Assembly: GCA_045635825.1 (NCBI GenBank)
Contig: JAZTWM010000004.1
Location: forward strand, 7,363-71,362
Reading direction: 5' to 3'
DNA from: Candidatus Enterousia sp.
GTDB lineage: Bacteria; Pseudomonadota; Alphaproteobacteria; Rs-D84
Length of the DNA: 64,000 bases
Part shown: positions 34,221 through 43,424 of the stretch, piece after piece
Layout of the letters: every line of letters begins with the position of its first letter
Position numbering within the stretch: position 1 is the stretch's first letter
Made by a program: the position numbers and the translations under genes
The notes under the pieces: model-generated
What the model was told of the DNA's origin: nothing
Seen by the model: only the letters and a program-made list of their open reading frames with translations
The model's database searches: none

Positions 34221-35855
34221 ATGAATTACAAGTCAGGTGTAGCAACATGGATTGTTTCGCGTATGCTGATGTTGGCGGGGGTGGTTGCGCTGGGGGCATG
34301 TGCAAATTCAGGTTATGATGCAACCCAATATACGGGTGTGGCGATTACGCCAACAGTTGATTATGTTGAAGGATTGGATGTCTATGCTGCACCGCACAAG
34401 GATTCTTTCTTGAACCAGTTGGCGATGAATTATCGTTCTTATGCAATTTATAATGCACGTACCAGTGGTTATGCAGATATGGGTGAATTGTTTGCGAATA
34501 AGGCGGTGGCGGCATTTAGTGGTGATGTTCCGTTCCCAGAAAACCTGGATAACTGGCCAATAGAAGATGAACAAGAAGCGTTTGAGTTGAATGCAGCATA
34601 CAATGATTTGATGGATTTGTTCAAGAATGATGCCACACATCGTAATCCAGAATTGGCTGCAGAAGCACAGGCGAAATTTGATTGTTGGTTATCTGCCAGT
34701 GCCAGTGGGCAGTTTGCAACGGCCGAGCAATGTCGTGACAGATTTAATAAGGCTTTGCATGCGTTGCGTGATGGTGTGGGTGCAAAGGTTTTAAATAAGG
34801 GCACAGAGACAGTTACAGAAACTGTGACCGAATCGGTTGTTGAAAATAATGGTGATGTTTTTGATTTTGTAGAAACAAAACAGAAAACAAAATATTATCC
34901 AGATACACGTAATATGTCTGCAATGCGTGGTGCGGGTCAGGCACGTGAAGGGGTTATTATTGTCAACAATGTTAATGTGCCAGAACACTTGATTAATCCA
35001 CAACCTGTTCAGCCATTGGTCTTTAATCAGAATATTTATGGTGGTGACAAGACGGTTACCAAAAATGAAACTGATAATAGTGTAAAGGATAGTAATAATC
35101 ATTTGATGTTGCTTGATTGTCCAATGGGCGATGTGGAGTGCGAACAAAGAAATCAGGAAGTACGTGAATATAATTGTAAGCAAGGTGATCAGAGTGCGTG
35201 TCAGCAGGCTGCACCAGCGGTTGCGGTTGTTATTACAGAAAAAGATCAACCGGAAAATCCAATGCTGGGTGATGAATTGGTTTCACGTGAAGAGTTTATT
35301 AATATGATGATGGCAATGCGTGCAGAATTGGCGGCGATAAACTCTCGTTTGGATCAGATTCAGGCAATGGCTGGTGAAAAAACAATGATTAAGGTTCAGC
35401 AGATTCCATTGGAACCACAGCAGCATGTTATGGAAGAAGTATTTGAAGTTCGATTCGATTTTAACAAGGCGGTAATTAAACCTGAGTATCAAGACTTGAT
35501 TCGTCAGTTGGCCAGTGCAACACAGGAAAATAAAAATATCAAAGTGTCAGTTGTTGGGCATACAGATACAACGGGGACTGAAAATTATAACTATGCATTG
35601 GGTGGAAGACGTGCAGAGGCGGTACAAAAAATGCTGATTAAATATGGCATCCCAGCCAGTCAGATTGTTGCAGTTTCTGCAGGCGAGGAAGACTTAGCGG
35701 TTCCAACACCAGATAATACACCGAATGCACAAAATCGTCGTGTTCGTGTTGTTAAAGAGGTTCATTATACAGAAACACCAAAACCTGTCCCAATGGCGAT
35801 AGAGGTAGAAGAATATACTGCCGATACATGTGGCGACTATGGTTGTGAAATGTAA
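34221..35855 (+). CDS. OmpA-family lipoprotein with long N-terminal region
   Basis: 544 aa with lipobox ...VALGAC. C-terminal OmpA domain (VVGHTDTTGTENYNYALGGRRAEAV...NAQNRRVRVV). Cys-containing insert LLDCPMGDVECEQRNQEVREYNCKQGDQSACQQ and tail TCGDYGCEM. Confidence 0.85.
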   Translation: MNYKSGVATWIVSRMLMLAGVVALGACANSGYDATQYTGVAITPTVDYVEGLDVYAAPHKDSFLNQLAMNYRSYAIYNARTSGYADMGELFANKAVAAFSGDVPFPENLDNWPIEDEQEAFELNAAYNDLMDLFKNDATHRNPELAAEAQAKFDCWLSASASGQFATAEQCRDRFNKALHALRDGVGAKVLNKGTETVTETVTESVVENNGDVFDFVETKQKTKYYPDTRNMSAMRGAGQAREGVIIVNNVNVPEHLINPQPVQPLVFNQNIYGGDKTVTKNETDNSVKDSNNHLMLLDCPMGDVECEQRNQEVREYNCKQGDQSACQQAAPAVAVVITEKDQPENPMLGDELVSREEFINMMMAMRAELAAINSRLDQIQAMAGEKTMIKVQQIPLEPQQHVMEEVFEVRFDFNKAVIKPEYQDLIRQLASATQENKNIKVSVVGHTDTTGTENYNYALGGRRAEAVQKMLIKYGIPASQIVAVSAGEEDLAVPTPDNTPNAQNRRVRVVKEVHYTETPKPVPMAIEVEEYTADTCGDYGCEM

Positions 35856-35874
35856 ATAAGTTGGGGAAAAATAC

Positions 35875-35903
35875 TTGACAAAAAGTTTTTGTTGGTATAA
35901 ACT
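35875..35903 (+). promoter_or_regulatory. possible promoter, TTGACA-N17-TAAACT
   Basis: Consensus -35, 17-nt spacer and 4/6 -10. 36 nt upstream of the small ORF at 35940. Confidence 0.4.
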
Positions 35904-35939
35904 CCGCTTGTCAGAGAGATGTTTTTAAGAGGCATTAGA

Positions 35940-36104
35940 ATGACTGATATAGTAAAAGAGTTGAAGATGGGAATTGAAAATTTGGCACGTGGTACCAAGG
36001 CCAGCAGATTTGGCAAGGGTGTTGAGGCAATCAACCTGGCACAGATTTTCGAAAAACGTGGGATAACATTTGGGCCGTCCGATTTTAACGGTAACGAAAT
36101 GTAG
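35940..36104 (+). CDS. small hypothetical protein (54 aa)
   Basis: MTDIVKELKMGIENLARGTK... with RBS AAGAGG 7 nt upstream. Has its own candidate promoter and a strong terminator. Confidence 0.45.
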   Translation: MTDIVKELKMGIENLARGTKASRFGKGVEAINLAQIFEKRGITFGPSDFNGNEM

Positions 36105-36130
36105 TCTGGTGATAACAATAGTTTTATAGA

Positions 36131-36162
36131 CCATGGGGACAGAAATGCCCCCATGGTTTTTT
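36131..36162 (+). terminator. rho-independent terminator
   Basis: CCATGGGG-loop-CCCCATGG 8-bp stem followed by T6. Confidence 0.8.
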
Positions 36163-36282
36163 GCTTGTTATAATAAATGTTTTCTTATTTCAATCATAAA
36201 AATAGGACTTTTTTGTTGATAATAAAAATATGTGTGATATGAATATATATAACCTATTTTTGGATTTGAGAAAGGAGAAATC

Positions 36283-39200
36283 ATGTCCCATACAAAACAT
36301 TTGGCGGATTTGTTGAAAGTCTGCAGTATTTTGCCAGCCTTGGTAATTATGCCTGCAATGGCGGAAAGTCTTTCGGAACGTCAGGTTATAACACAAGATA
36401 AAACATATAAGAATTTGACGATTGATGGCATCTCTTCTTCTGTTGCAAATAACGGTGGTGTTTTTTATTTAGAGGATGTTCAGGATGTGCTTTTGACTTT
36501 TAAAGGCGAAAGTAAGTTTGTTAACAACTCTATTCTTAATGGTGGGATGGGAGCTGTTATTGGTAATGGTTGGTTGTCTACGAAGGATGCTGATAAATGG
36601 AATCCATATACACCAGGCGGTCATATACTTTTTGATGGTGATACATTATTTATGAATAATACAACTAATAATGCAAATGGGGCTGGGGCGATATTTAATT
36701 ATGGTATTGGAACAGTGGATAATCCAGATATTTTATTTAATGGAGAGGCGGAGTTCATTGGAAACTCGTCTACTGGGGTGAGTAATTCTTTTTGTGTCGG
36801 TGGTGGGGCGATATACCATCGTGATGGGATGATTGTATTTAATGATGATGCGAATTTTGTTGCTAATTCCTCGGCATCAAAGGGTGGGGCGATTATGGCC
36901 GCTGGTGATATTGTATTTAGGGGCGAAGCAGATTTTGAGGAAAATAAGGCCTCGTCCCAGGGTGGTGCATTAGCCATTTTGGGTGGTAATGTTGTTTTTG
37001 AAAAGGAGGCAAGTTTTAAAAATAATTCTGCGAATGCTGGGGCAGCGATATCTATGGATGCATCAAATGCGTCTGTAACATTTAAGGATTTTGTGTTGTT
37101 TGATAGAAATACAGGGACTGCTACATTGTGGAATAATTCTTCTACTGGGACAGTTGTGTTTGAAAATGGTGCCAAGTTCTATCAAAATACAAATACTCAA
37201 AATGGAACTTTGCAGAATGCGGGTGATGTGACTTTAAATTCTGGTGATTTTGTATTTATGCATAATACAGGTGGAAATGGTGGCGGTCTAAAAAATGTTG
37301 GGACGGTTACTGTAAATACCGATGGTGATGTGTTGTTTGATACAAATATTACCAAGTCTACTGGTGCTGCGGTTGATAATGGTGGGACTTTAACATTAAC
37401 GGCAGCAAATGTATCGTTCTTGGGAAATACATCTGATGCAGGGTATGCAGGTGCGATATTTAATTCAGGTGATATGAGCATCTTGGGCGCAACAAATGTG
37501 TTCAGCAATAATATTGCTAAGGATACAGGAACAACCAAGCACGGTGGTGGCGCAATTCATAATCGCGGAGCTAAGGGGACTACAACATTGGTTCTTGGAA
37601 CGAAAGACAGTGTGAATGTCTTTAGTGCTAATCAGTCGAATGCACATGGTGGGGCAATTGTTGCACGTGCGTTTGATGGAGATACACAAAATTCAGAAGT
37701 AGTTATAAATGGTGATACAACATTTGTTGGTAATACTGCGGCATTAAATGGTGGTGCAATTTGGAATAATGTGGCAAAAAGTGGATCTACAACAGGGACA
37801 GCAAGTTTTGCCATAAATGGTGAGGTTGAATTTAAAAATAATATTGCAAATGGTGTTGGCGGTGCAATCTTTAATGGATCGCAAATGACAATTGCCAAGG
37901 CAGAATTTGATGAAAATATTGCGTACGGTAATTATGCGGGTGCGATTTATAATTCTGCATCTGGTGATATTGCAAATGTAGTTGCGGATTTTGATGAAAA
38001 CAAGGTCTTGAATGATAACTTTGCTGCGGGTGGTGCAATTGCTAACATAGGAAAAATTGGTAGCCTGACAGGTTTATTTGAAGAAAATGTTGTAAATGCA
38101 ATGGCAGGCGATGTTTATGCGACTGCTAAGGGAGGTGCGATTTATACATATGCAGGTTCTTCTATTGAATCAATTGTTGCGGATTTTGATGGCAATTCAG
38201 CTGTAAGTGCTGGAGATGCAATAGGGGGGGCAGTAGTAAATGATGGGGTTGTTGGTGTGTTGAGTGCCGAGAAATATGGTTTTGTAAACAATGCTGTAAC
38301 TGCCAAAGCGAATGCATGGGCAGGTGCATTGTATAACAGCCAAGATGCGATCATTAATGAGTTGTCCGCAAGCTTTACTGGAAATTCAGCAAATGGAACG
38401 GATTGGGCGATTGGTGGTGCAGTGGTTAACTTTGGTACATTGAATGTGACATCTGGGGTGTACGCTAATAATTCAGTTAGTGCTTCTGCTAAAGAAGGTT
38501 ATGCTATGGGTGGTGCAATCTATAATGCCAATGTGCTGAATTTTGTTGGTGACGTTGAATTTAGAAACAATGTGGTAAGTGGTGCAAGAGATTATGCATA
38601 TGGTGGTGCGATTTATAATGACGGCACACTGAATTTTGATGCCAATGCGTTGTTTGCGAATAATACGGTGGCAGGTGGTGCAAATGATATTTATAACGCA
38701 GGAATTATAAATGTTAATAAAGATGCTGTTTTGACATTGGATGGCGGTATTATTGGCGAAGGTTCTGGTGTGATAAACATTGCCCATGGTGCCACAATGA
38801 ATATCGGTACTGCAGTAGTCGAGCAGGCAGAAATAAATATTGATGGTACTGTTGTTGCATCTGTTTTAAGCAATCGTTCTTATGGTCGTTTGTTTGGTGA
38901 CATTAATGCAGGTCAGCTTGCTGAGTTGCAGTTAAATGTTGGTGCAGCTGGTTCTTATACAATATTTAGAGATGACGTGGATATTAAAGTGTCGGCTGGT
39001 AAGGCATATGATGCAGCGGTTTTAGAGGATGGTACAGTTGTTATTACAACAAAATCTGTTGCAGATATTGCGGATGATGCTGGTATTTCAACACAGGCGG
39101 CGGGTGCAGTTGCAAGTTTGGCAAATACAACCAGCAACAAAGCACATCGTGTATCATTGGCGTTGCAAGAAGCATTGAATGCAGGTGATGCAGCATATGT

Positions 39201-40125
39201 AGAGGCAGAGACAGCCAAATTGAACCCAACAGATAAGCCTGTTGCCCAGGCGGCGACAACATCTGTGCAGAATCAGGTTTTGTCATTGGCGTCAGGCCGT
39301 ATGAGCGGTGGCATGTCCGTTGGTCGTTCGGGTGGTGACGAGTATGCCCAAGAAAATGGTTTCTGGATTCAGGGGCTGTTTAATAAGTCAAAGTTTGCAG
39401 ATCAATTCCATGGATATACACGTGGGGTTGCATTGGGTGCGGATACTTTGATTGATCGTAAATGGACAATTGGTGGTGGTTTGGCATTTAATGGCAGCGA
39501 TGTTCATGCCAGAAATGGTGCACATACCAGTATTGATACCAAAACATTGTTCTTGTATGGTCAGTATAAGCCAAACAATTGGTTCGTAAATGCGACTGCA
39601 ACATATTCTATGTCTGAATATACAGAAAATAAAACTGTTGCAGGTGTTGGACTGGGGGCATCCTATGATGTTGATGCATATGGTGCACAGTTTATGACCG
39701 GTTACGATTTTGCGACAGGTATCACAACACAGGCGGGTATGCGTTATCTGTATATTGCCCAGGATTCGTACATTGATGATCGTGATGCACAAATCATGGC
39801 GACAGATACGGATTTCTTGACAGGTGTTGCAGGGCTGAAATATGCGTTCGCAATTGAAAATGATTGGGCAATCCAGATTCGACCAGAATTGTCAGCGTCT
39901 GTGACATATGACTTTGTCAGTGATGATTCTGCAACAACGGTTGTGACCCCAGGGGTAGAAGCGTATGCGGTAAACGGTAATCGTTTGTCACGTATTGGTG
40001 GGGAATTTGGTATTGGCTTCACCGCACAGTATAAAGGTGTTGAAATGTCCCTGATGTACGATTTGGATTTGCACAAAGATTATACATCCCAGACAGGTAT
40101 GTTGAAATTGCGTGCCCAATTCTAA
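36283..40125 (+). CDS. autotransporter with Pmp-type (GGA[ILV] / FxxN) passenger repeats
   Basis: 1280 aa, RBS AAGGAG. Signal region ...ALVIMPAMAES. Dozens of GGAI[YFW]N and F[VIEK]xN repeats. C-terminal beta-domain (GFWIQGLFNKS...LKLRAQF). Confidence 0.9.
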   Translation: MSHTKHLADLLKVCSILPALVIMPAMAESLSERQVITQDKTYKNLTIDGISSSVANNGGVFYLEDVQDVLLTFKGESKFVNNSILNGGMGAVIGNGWLSTKDADKWNPYTPGGHILFDGDTLFMNNTTNNANGAGAIFNYGIGTVDNPDILFNGEAEFIGNSSTGVSNSFCVGGGAIYHRDGMIVFNDDANFVANSSASKGGAIMAAGDIVFRGEADFEENKASSQGGALAILGGNVVFEKEASFKNNSANAGAAISMDASNASVTFKDFVLFDRNTGTATLWNNSSTGTVVFENGAKFYQNTNTQNGTLQNAGDVTLNSGDFVFMHNTGGNGGGLKNVGTVTVNTDGDVLFDTNITKSTGAAVDNGGTLTLTAANVSFLGNTSDAGYAGAIFNSGDMSILGATNVFSNNIAKDTGTTKHGGGAIHNRGAKGTTTLVLGTKDSVNVFSANQSNAHGGAIVARAFDGDTQNSEVVINGDTTFVGNTAALNGGAIWNNVAKSGSTTGTASFAINGEVEFKNNIANGVGGAIFNGSQMTIAKAEFDENIAYGNYAGAIYNSASGDIANVVADFDENKVLNDNFAAGGAIANIGKIGSLTGLFEENVVNAMAGDVYATAKGGAIYTYAGSSIESIVADFDGNSAVSAGDAIGGAVVNDGVVGVLSAEKYGFVNNAVTAKANAWAGALYNSQDAIINELSASFTGNSANGTDWAIGGAVVNFGTLNVTSGVYANNSVSASAKEGYAMGGAIYNANVLNFVGDVEFRNNVVSGARDYAYGGAIYNDGTLNFDANALFANNTVAGGANDIYNAGIINVNKDAVLTLDGGIIGEGSGVINIAHGATMNIGTAVVEQAEINIDGTVVASVLSNRSYGRLFGDINAGQLAELQLNVGAAGSYTIFRDDVDIKVSAGKAYDAAVLEDGTVVITTKSVADIADDAGISTQAAGAVASLANTTSNKAHRVSLALQEALNAGDAAYVEAETAKLNPTDKPVAQAATTSVQNQVLSLASGRMSGGMSVGRSGGDEYAQENGFWIQGLFNKSKFADQFHGYTRGVALGADTLIDRKWTIGGGLAFNGSDVHARNGAHTSIDTKTLFLYGQYKPNNWFVNATATYSMSEYTENKTVAGVGLGASYDVDAYGAQFMTGYDFATGITTQAGMRYLYIAQDSYIDDRDAQIMATDTDFLTGVAGLKYAFAIENDWAIQIRPELSASVTYDFVSDDSATTVVTPGVEAYAVNGNRLSRIGGEFGIGFTAQYKGVEMSLMYDLDLHKDYTSQTGMLKLRAQF

Positions 40126-40152
40126 ATAAATTATAATAATTTATCTGCAAGC

Positions 40153-40198
40153 GAACCCGCCGGTTTATGTAGCGTCTGTACACTGCACCGGCGGGTTC
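40153..40198 (+). other. 12-bp-stem hairpin downstream of the autotransporter gene
   Basis: GAACCCGCCGGT - 22-nt loop - ACCGGCGGGTTC; no T-run follows. Confidence 0.5.
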
Positions 40199-40260
40199 AT
40201 CTTGCATCTAAATCATTCTAATTTATTTACAATAAAATCTAATTTTCGTGTTTATGGGTT

Positions 40261-40289
40261 GGATGGCGTAAATTGCCATCCTTTGTTTT
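40261..40289 (+). terminator. rho-independent terminator-like hairpin
   Basis: GGATGGC-loop-GCCATCC followed by TTTGTTTT. Confidence 0.55.
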
Positions 40290-40406
40290 AATGTGGGTGA
40301 ATGCTTTGATTTGTAATGGGGATTTGACCGATGATCGTGGGCATAGATGTTTTATGAATAAAGCCAACCCTGGGGGTGTTTTATTGTATTATTATTAAAA
40401 AAAATG

Positions 40407-40415
40407 TGGTATAAT
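40407..40415 (+). promoter_or_regulatory. extended -10 element TGGTATAAT
   Basis: TGnTATAAT match that overlaps the ORF-track ATG at 40404. This argues the real start of the downstream gene is further 3'. Confidence 0.5.
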
Positions 40416-40445
40416 TTTTGGGAAATTGATAAGTGGAGAGAACCC

Positions 40446-41678
40446 TTGCAGCAGTTTGCAGATTTAGTTTTTATCAGGTTGTTAAAATTAATGGCTGTGG
40501 TGGCTATGGTTCTGGGTGGTGCCGCCTTTGCAGATGATGGATCTGCTATATTTTTGCCGCGAATTGGGGATGTTTCGCCGGAATCTGTGCCTGCATCTAT
40601 GTCGCCTTCAACCACAGCACCATCTGCTTCGGAGTGTAGTTTATATCAAAAAGAGTCTGTTGCTTGTCCTGCGAACTATAGTCATGCGGCAACATGTGAG
40701 AGGCGATGTGGTGGTGACTTGCGATGGAAAGTAGTAGTGGTAACATGTGAGCATAATTATAGGCTGGGTCGTGACGAGTTGACGTGTACGCAGATTATAT
40801 CATATACACATTTGGTTGGGCGTGCTTGCCAAAATCCTGTTCCGTTGCCGGCACATGCAACGGTTGGGCGTATTGTTGAAAATAGTCTTAGCCCATATGG
40901 TATTGCGTGTGGGGTGACTGCATGCGAGGATGGCTGGCATGTTGATACCAGGAATCATGGACAATGTCTGAAAGGGGCGGGAACACAAACGACTGCGTCG
41001 TGTGATGCGGGGTTGTTTATGGTGGCGTCTGGCAATCAATGTGAGTGTATGCAAAATTACGAGTGGCGTGACCCGAATAATCACGCATTGGGCTGCGTAG
41101 AGTCGACTGTGGCAAGATTAAAGCAAGAGTGTGCAGCTGCAGGTGGGACAACATGGAACGAAGAAACAAGTGTTTGTACATGCAATGATACAAATTATGA
41201 ATATAATACCGATACCAAGATTTGTACAGAAACTGAACTATATGCACAGTGTCAATCATTGGTGTCGGCAGGTCAGGCAGAGTGGGATGACGCGTCAAAG
41301 GTTTGTACATGCACACAGACAAATTATCTGTTTAGTAATGGTCAGTGTATTGAAGATCCGGCAATTGTTGCTGCAAGGAATGCGGAAAATGCAAGGGTTG
41401 CAAAGCAAAAGATAGAGAATGTGCATGCAAAGTTAAAAAGAAAACAGGATACTTTAAAGGTCAGTGCATGGAAAGATGCAGATGGTCAATTTAATACTGC
41501 ACGTTTGGCGTCTGATTCTATTGCAGGGGCTGCGGTTGGTGCGGTTGGGGGACTGTTGATAAACAAACATGTAAAAAAGAATCAGGTTGAAGATGGGTTC
41601 GAGGCCCTGGGGTGTACGGTCAAGGGTGAAACTGTGGCACAGTGGGGTGAAGAGTTTAGTATAGATATTAAAAAATAG
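40446..41678 (+). CDS. secreted/anchored cysteine-rich protein with C-x-C EGF-like modules (member I)
   Basis: Start proposed at TTG 40446, with GGAG 7 nt upstream, giving (M)QQFADLVFIRLLKLMAVVAMVLGGAAFA; an ATG at 40491 is the alternative. Modules CECMQNYEWRDPNNHALGC, VCTCNDTNYEYNTDTKIC and VCTCTQTNYLFSNGQC. C-terminal IAGAAVGAVGGLLI hydrophobic segment. Confidence 0.7.
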   Translation: MQQFADLVFIRLLKLMAVVAMVLGGAAFADDGSAIFLPRIGDVSPESVPASMSPSTTAPSASECSLYQKESVACPANYSHAATCERRCGGDLRWKVVVVTCEHNYRLGRDELTCTQIISYTHLVGRACQNPVPLPAHATVGRIVENSLSPYGIACGVTACEDGWHVDTRNHGQCLKGAGTQTTASCDAGLFMVASGNQCECMQNYEWRDPNNHALGCVESTVARLKQECAAAGGTTWNEETSVCTCNDTNYEYNTDTKICTETELYAQCQSLVSAGQAEWDDASKVCTCTQTNYLFSNGQCIEDPAIVAARNAENARVAKQKIENVHAKLKRKQDTLKVSAWKDADGQFNTARLASDSIAGAAVGAVGGLLINKHVKKNQVEDGFEALGCTVKGETVAQWGEEFSIDIKK

Positions 41679-41688
41679 TTGTGATTAT

Positions 41689-41712
41689 TCCCCATGCTAT
41701 GGGGATTTTTTT
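41689..41712 (+). terminator. rho-independent terminator
   Basis: TCCCCAT-GCT-ATGGGGA followed by T7. Confidence 0.8.
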
Positions 41713-41750
41713 ATAAACAATTTTCTTTCATTTTGTATAATGCATGTGTT

Positions 41751-42401
41751 ATGAAATTAGAGTCAAATGGTATTTTAATTGGATTGCGTCCATTTAATGA
41801 ACGTGATGCAATTGCACAAATCTTTAGCCAGGATTTTGGTGTCGTGGTGGGGATGTTGCGTGGTGCAAATATTGCAAAAAAGAATAAGCCTTTGTTGGGG
41901 CAGTATGGTCATATGGTGTGGAATGCGCGCCTGGATTCGCAATTGGGGACAATGCATTGGGATATAGAAAAGAATTTGTCGGTTGCATTGTTAATGTCGC
42001 CTGACAAATTGTCCTGTATGAATGCGGGATTTGAATTGTTGGTCACATTGTTGCCAGAACGTCAGGCGTATCAAGAATTGTATGAAGAAACGATTCGTTT
42101 AATGTTTGGGTTGGCGTCAGATATGCCGAATGCATATTTAAATTGGGAAGTCGCTTTGTTGCGTGAATTGGGCTATGCACTGGATTTGTCCAGGTGTTCA
42201 GGATGTGGGACATTAAATGATTTGAATTATTTGTCGCCACGTACCGCACGTGCGGTTTGTGATTCGTGTGCCAGACCATATTTGAATAAACTGTATCGAT
42301 TGCCTGTGGATTTAGGGGTGACGGGACGCTTTCTGGAAAGTGTCTGTAATCAACAGGGTGTTAATATTCCAGTAATGCGAAAAATGTTAAAATTGGATTG
42401 A
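41751..42401 (+). CDS. recO: DNA repair protein RecO
   Basis: ATG at 41751 gives MKLESNGILIGLRPFNERDAIAQIFSQDFGVVVGMLRG (OB-fold N-terminus). C-terminal Cys cluster CSGCG...CDSC. Confidence 0.8.
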   Translation: MKLESNGILIGLRPFNERDAIAQIFSQDFGVVVGMLRGANIAKKNKPLLGQYGHMVWNARLDSQLGTMHWDIEKNLSVALLMSPDKLSCMNAGFELLVTLLPERQAYQELYEETIRLMFGLASDMPNAYLNWEVALLRELGYALDLSRCSGCGTLNDLNYLSPRTARAVCDSCARPYLNKLYRLPVDLGVTGRFLESVCNQQGVNIPVMRKMLKLD

Positions 42402-42478
42402 TTTTATCCAGAATTATTTCTTGCGATTTTGATAATTTTTGCTATGGTGATTTTGTTCAACAGAAGAAGGAGAAAATC

Positions 42479-43303
42479 ATGACTTGGACAATCTTGGTGC
42501 TGGTATTGGGTATTGCGCTGTTCATGTTTGGCGGTATGTTGCTGAAACAGGATGCGAAAAAACCATCTGCCGGTGTAAAAATGGTTAAAAAAGCAATCAA
42601 AGTTATTGCAATCATCATGGTCGCAGGCAGTGTTTGCCGTCTGTATGTTCCATATTATTTGACAAGCGTTAACCCAGCAATCATTCAGGAAATGGTTGAA
42701 GGTATGCAGGCACAGCAGAATGCAGAAAAGAATAAAGCGATTCGCAAATATGTTCGTGAATCTGCAGATGAAATGACAGAAAATGCACCAATCTTGGGTA
42801 ACAAAGACGCAGAAAAAACAATCTATGTTTGGACAGCTGCTTCTTGTGGTTACTGCCGTCGTGTACACGGTGAATTGGATCGTGTTTTGAAATCACGTGA
42901 TGATGTGAAGGTTGTTTTGAAAAACTTCTCTATCCATGGCGTAATGTCTGATGGCCCAGCACGTGCAATGATTGCTGCAAAAATGCAAGATGGTGACAAG
43001 GCAGCAAAGTTTGCAGACTTGGTTATGACACGTGAATATCGTCCATCTGAACAGATTAAAGATCAGGACAAATTGGCGGCTGCAATTGAAAAGAACTTGA
43101 TGAAGTTTGCAACAGAAGCAGGTTTGGATGCAGACCAGTTGAAAAAAGATATGACAAGTGATGTTGTCGCACGTGAATTGACAAATGTTCGTGAATTGGC
43201 GAATCGTTTTGAAATCACAGGTACACCATTCTTGATTATTGGCGAAGAAGCGTTCCCAGGTGCAATCCCAGCGGATCAAATCAACGCAGCATTGGATAAA
43301 TAA
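42479..43303 (+). CDS. membrane-anchored DsbA-family thiol:disulfide oxidoreductase
   Basis: ATG at 42479 with RBS AAGGAG. Two N-terminal TM segments, CGYC active-site motif (VWTAASCGYCRRVH) and ITGTPFLIIGEEAFPGAIP (cis-Pro loop region). Confidence 0.85.
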   Translation: MTWTILVLVLGIALFMFGGMLLKQDAKKPSAGVKMVKKAIKVIAIIMVAGSVCRLYVPYYLTSVNPAIIQEMVEGMQAQQNAEKNKAIRKYVRESADEMTENAPILGNKDAEKTIYVWTAASCGYCRRVHGELDRVLKSRDDVKVVLKNFSIHGVMSDGPARAMIAAKMQDGDKAAKFADLVMTREYRPSEQIKDQDKLAAAIEKNLMKFATEAGLDADQLKKDMTSDVVARELTNVRELANRFEITGTPFLIIGEEAFPGAIPADQINAALDK

Positions 43304-43326
43304 TTTTGTCTGATGTTCGGGTTAAA

Positions 43327-43359
43327 ACAGGCCCTAAAAATGGGGCCTGTTCTTTTTTA
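43327..43359 (+). terminator. rho-independent terminator
   Basis: ACAGGCCC-loop-GGGCCTGT followed by TCTTTTTT. Confidence 0.8.
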
Positions 43360-43424
43360 TATTGGTTGCCTTTTTATTTTTCTACGATATAATTCACATG
43401 CTTTTTTAGACATAAGGAGAACAC

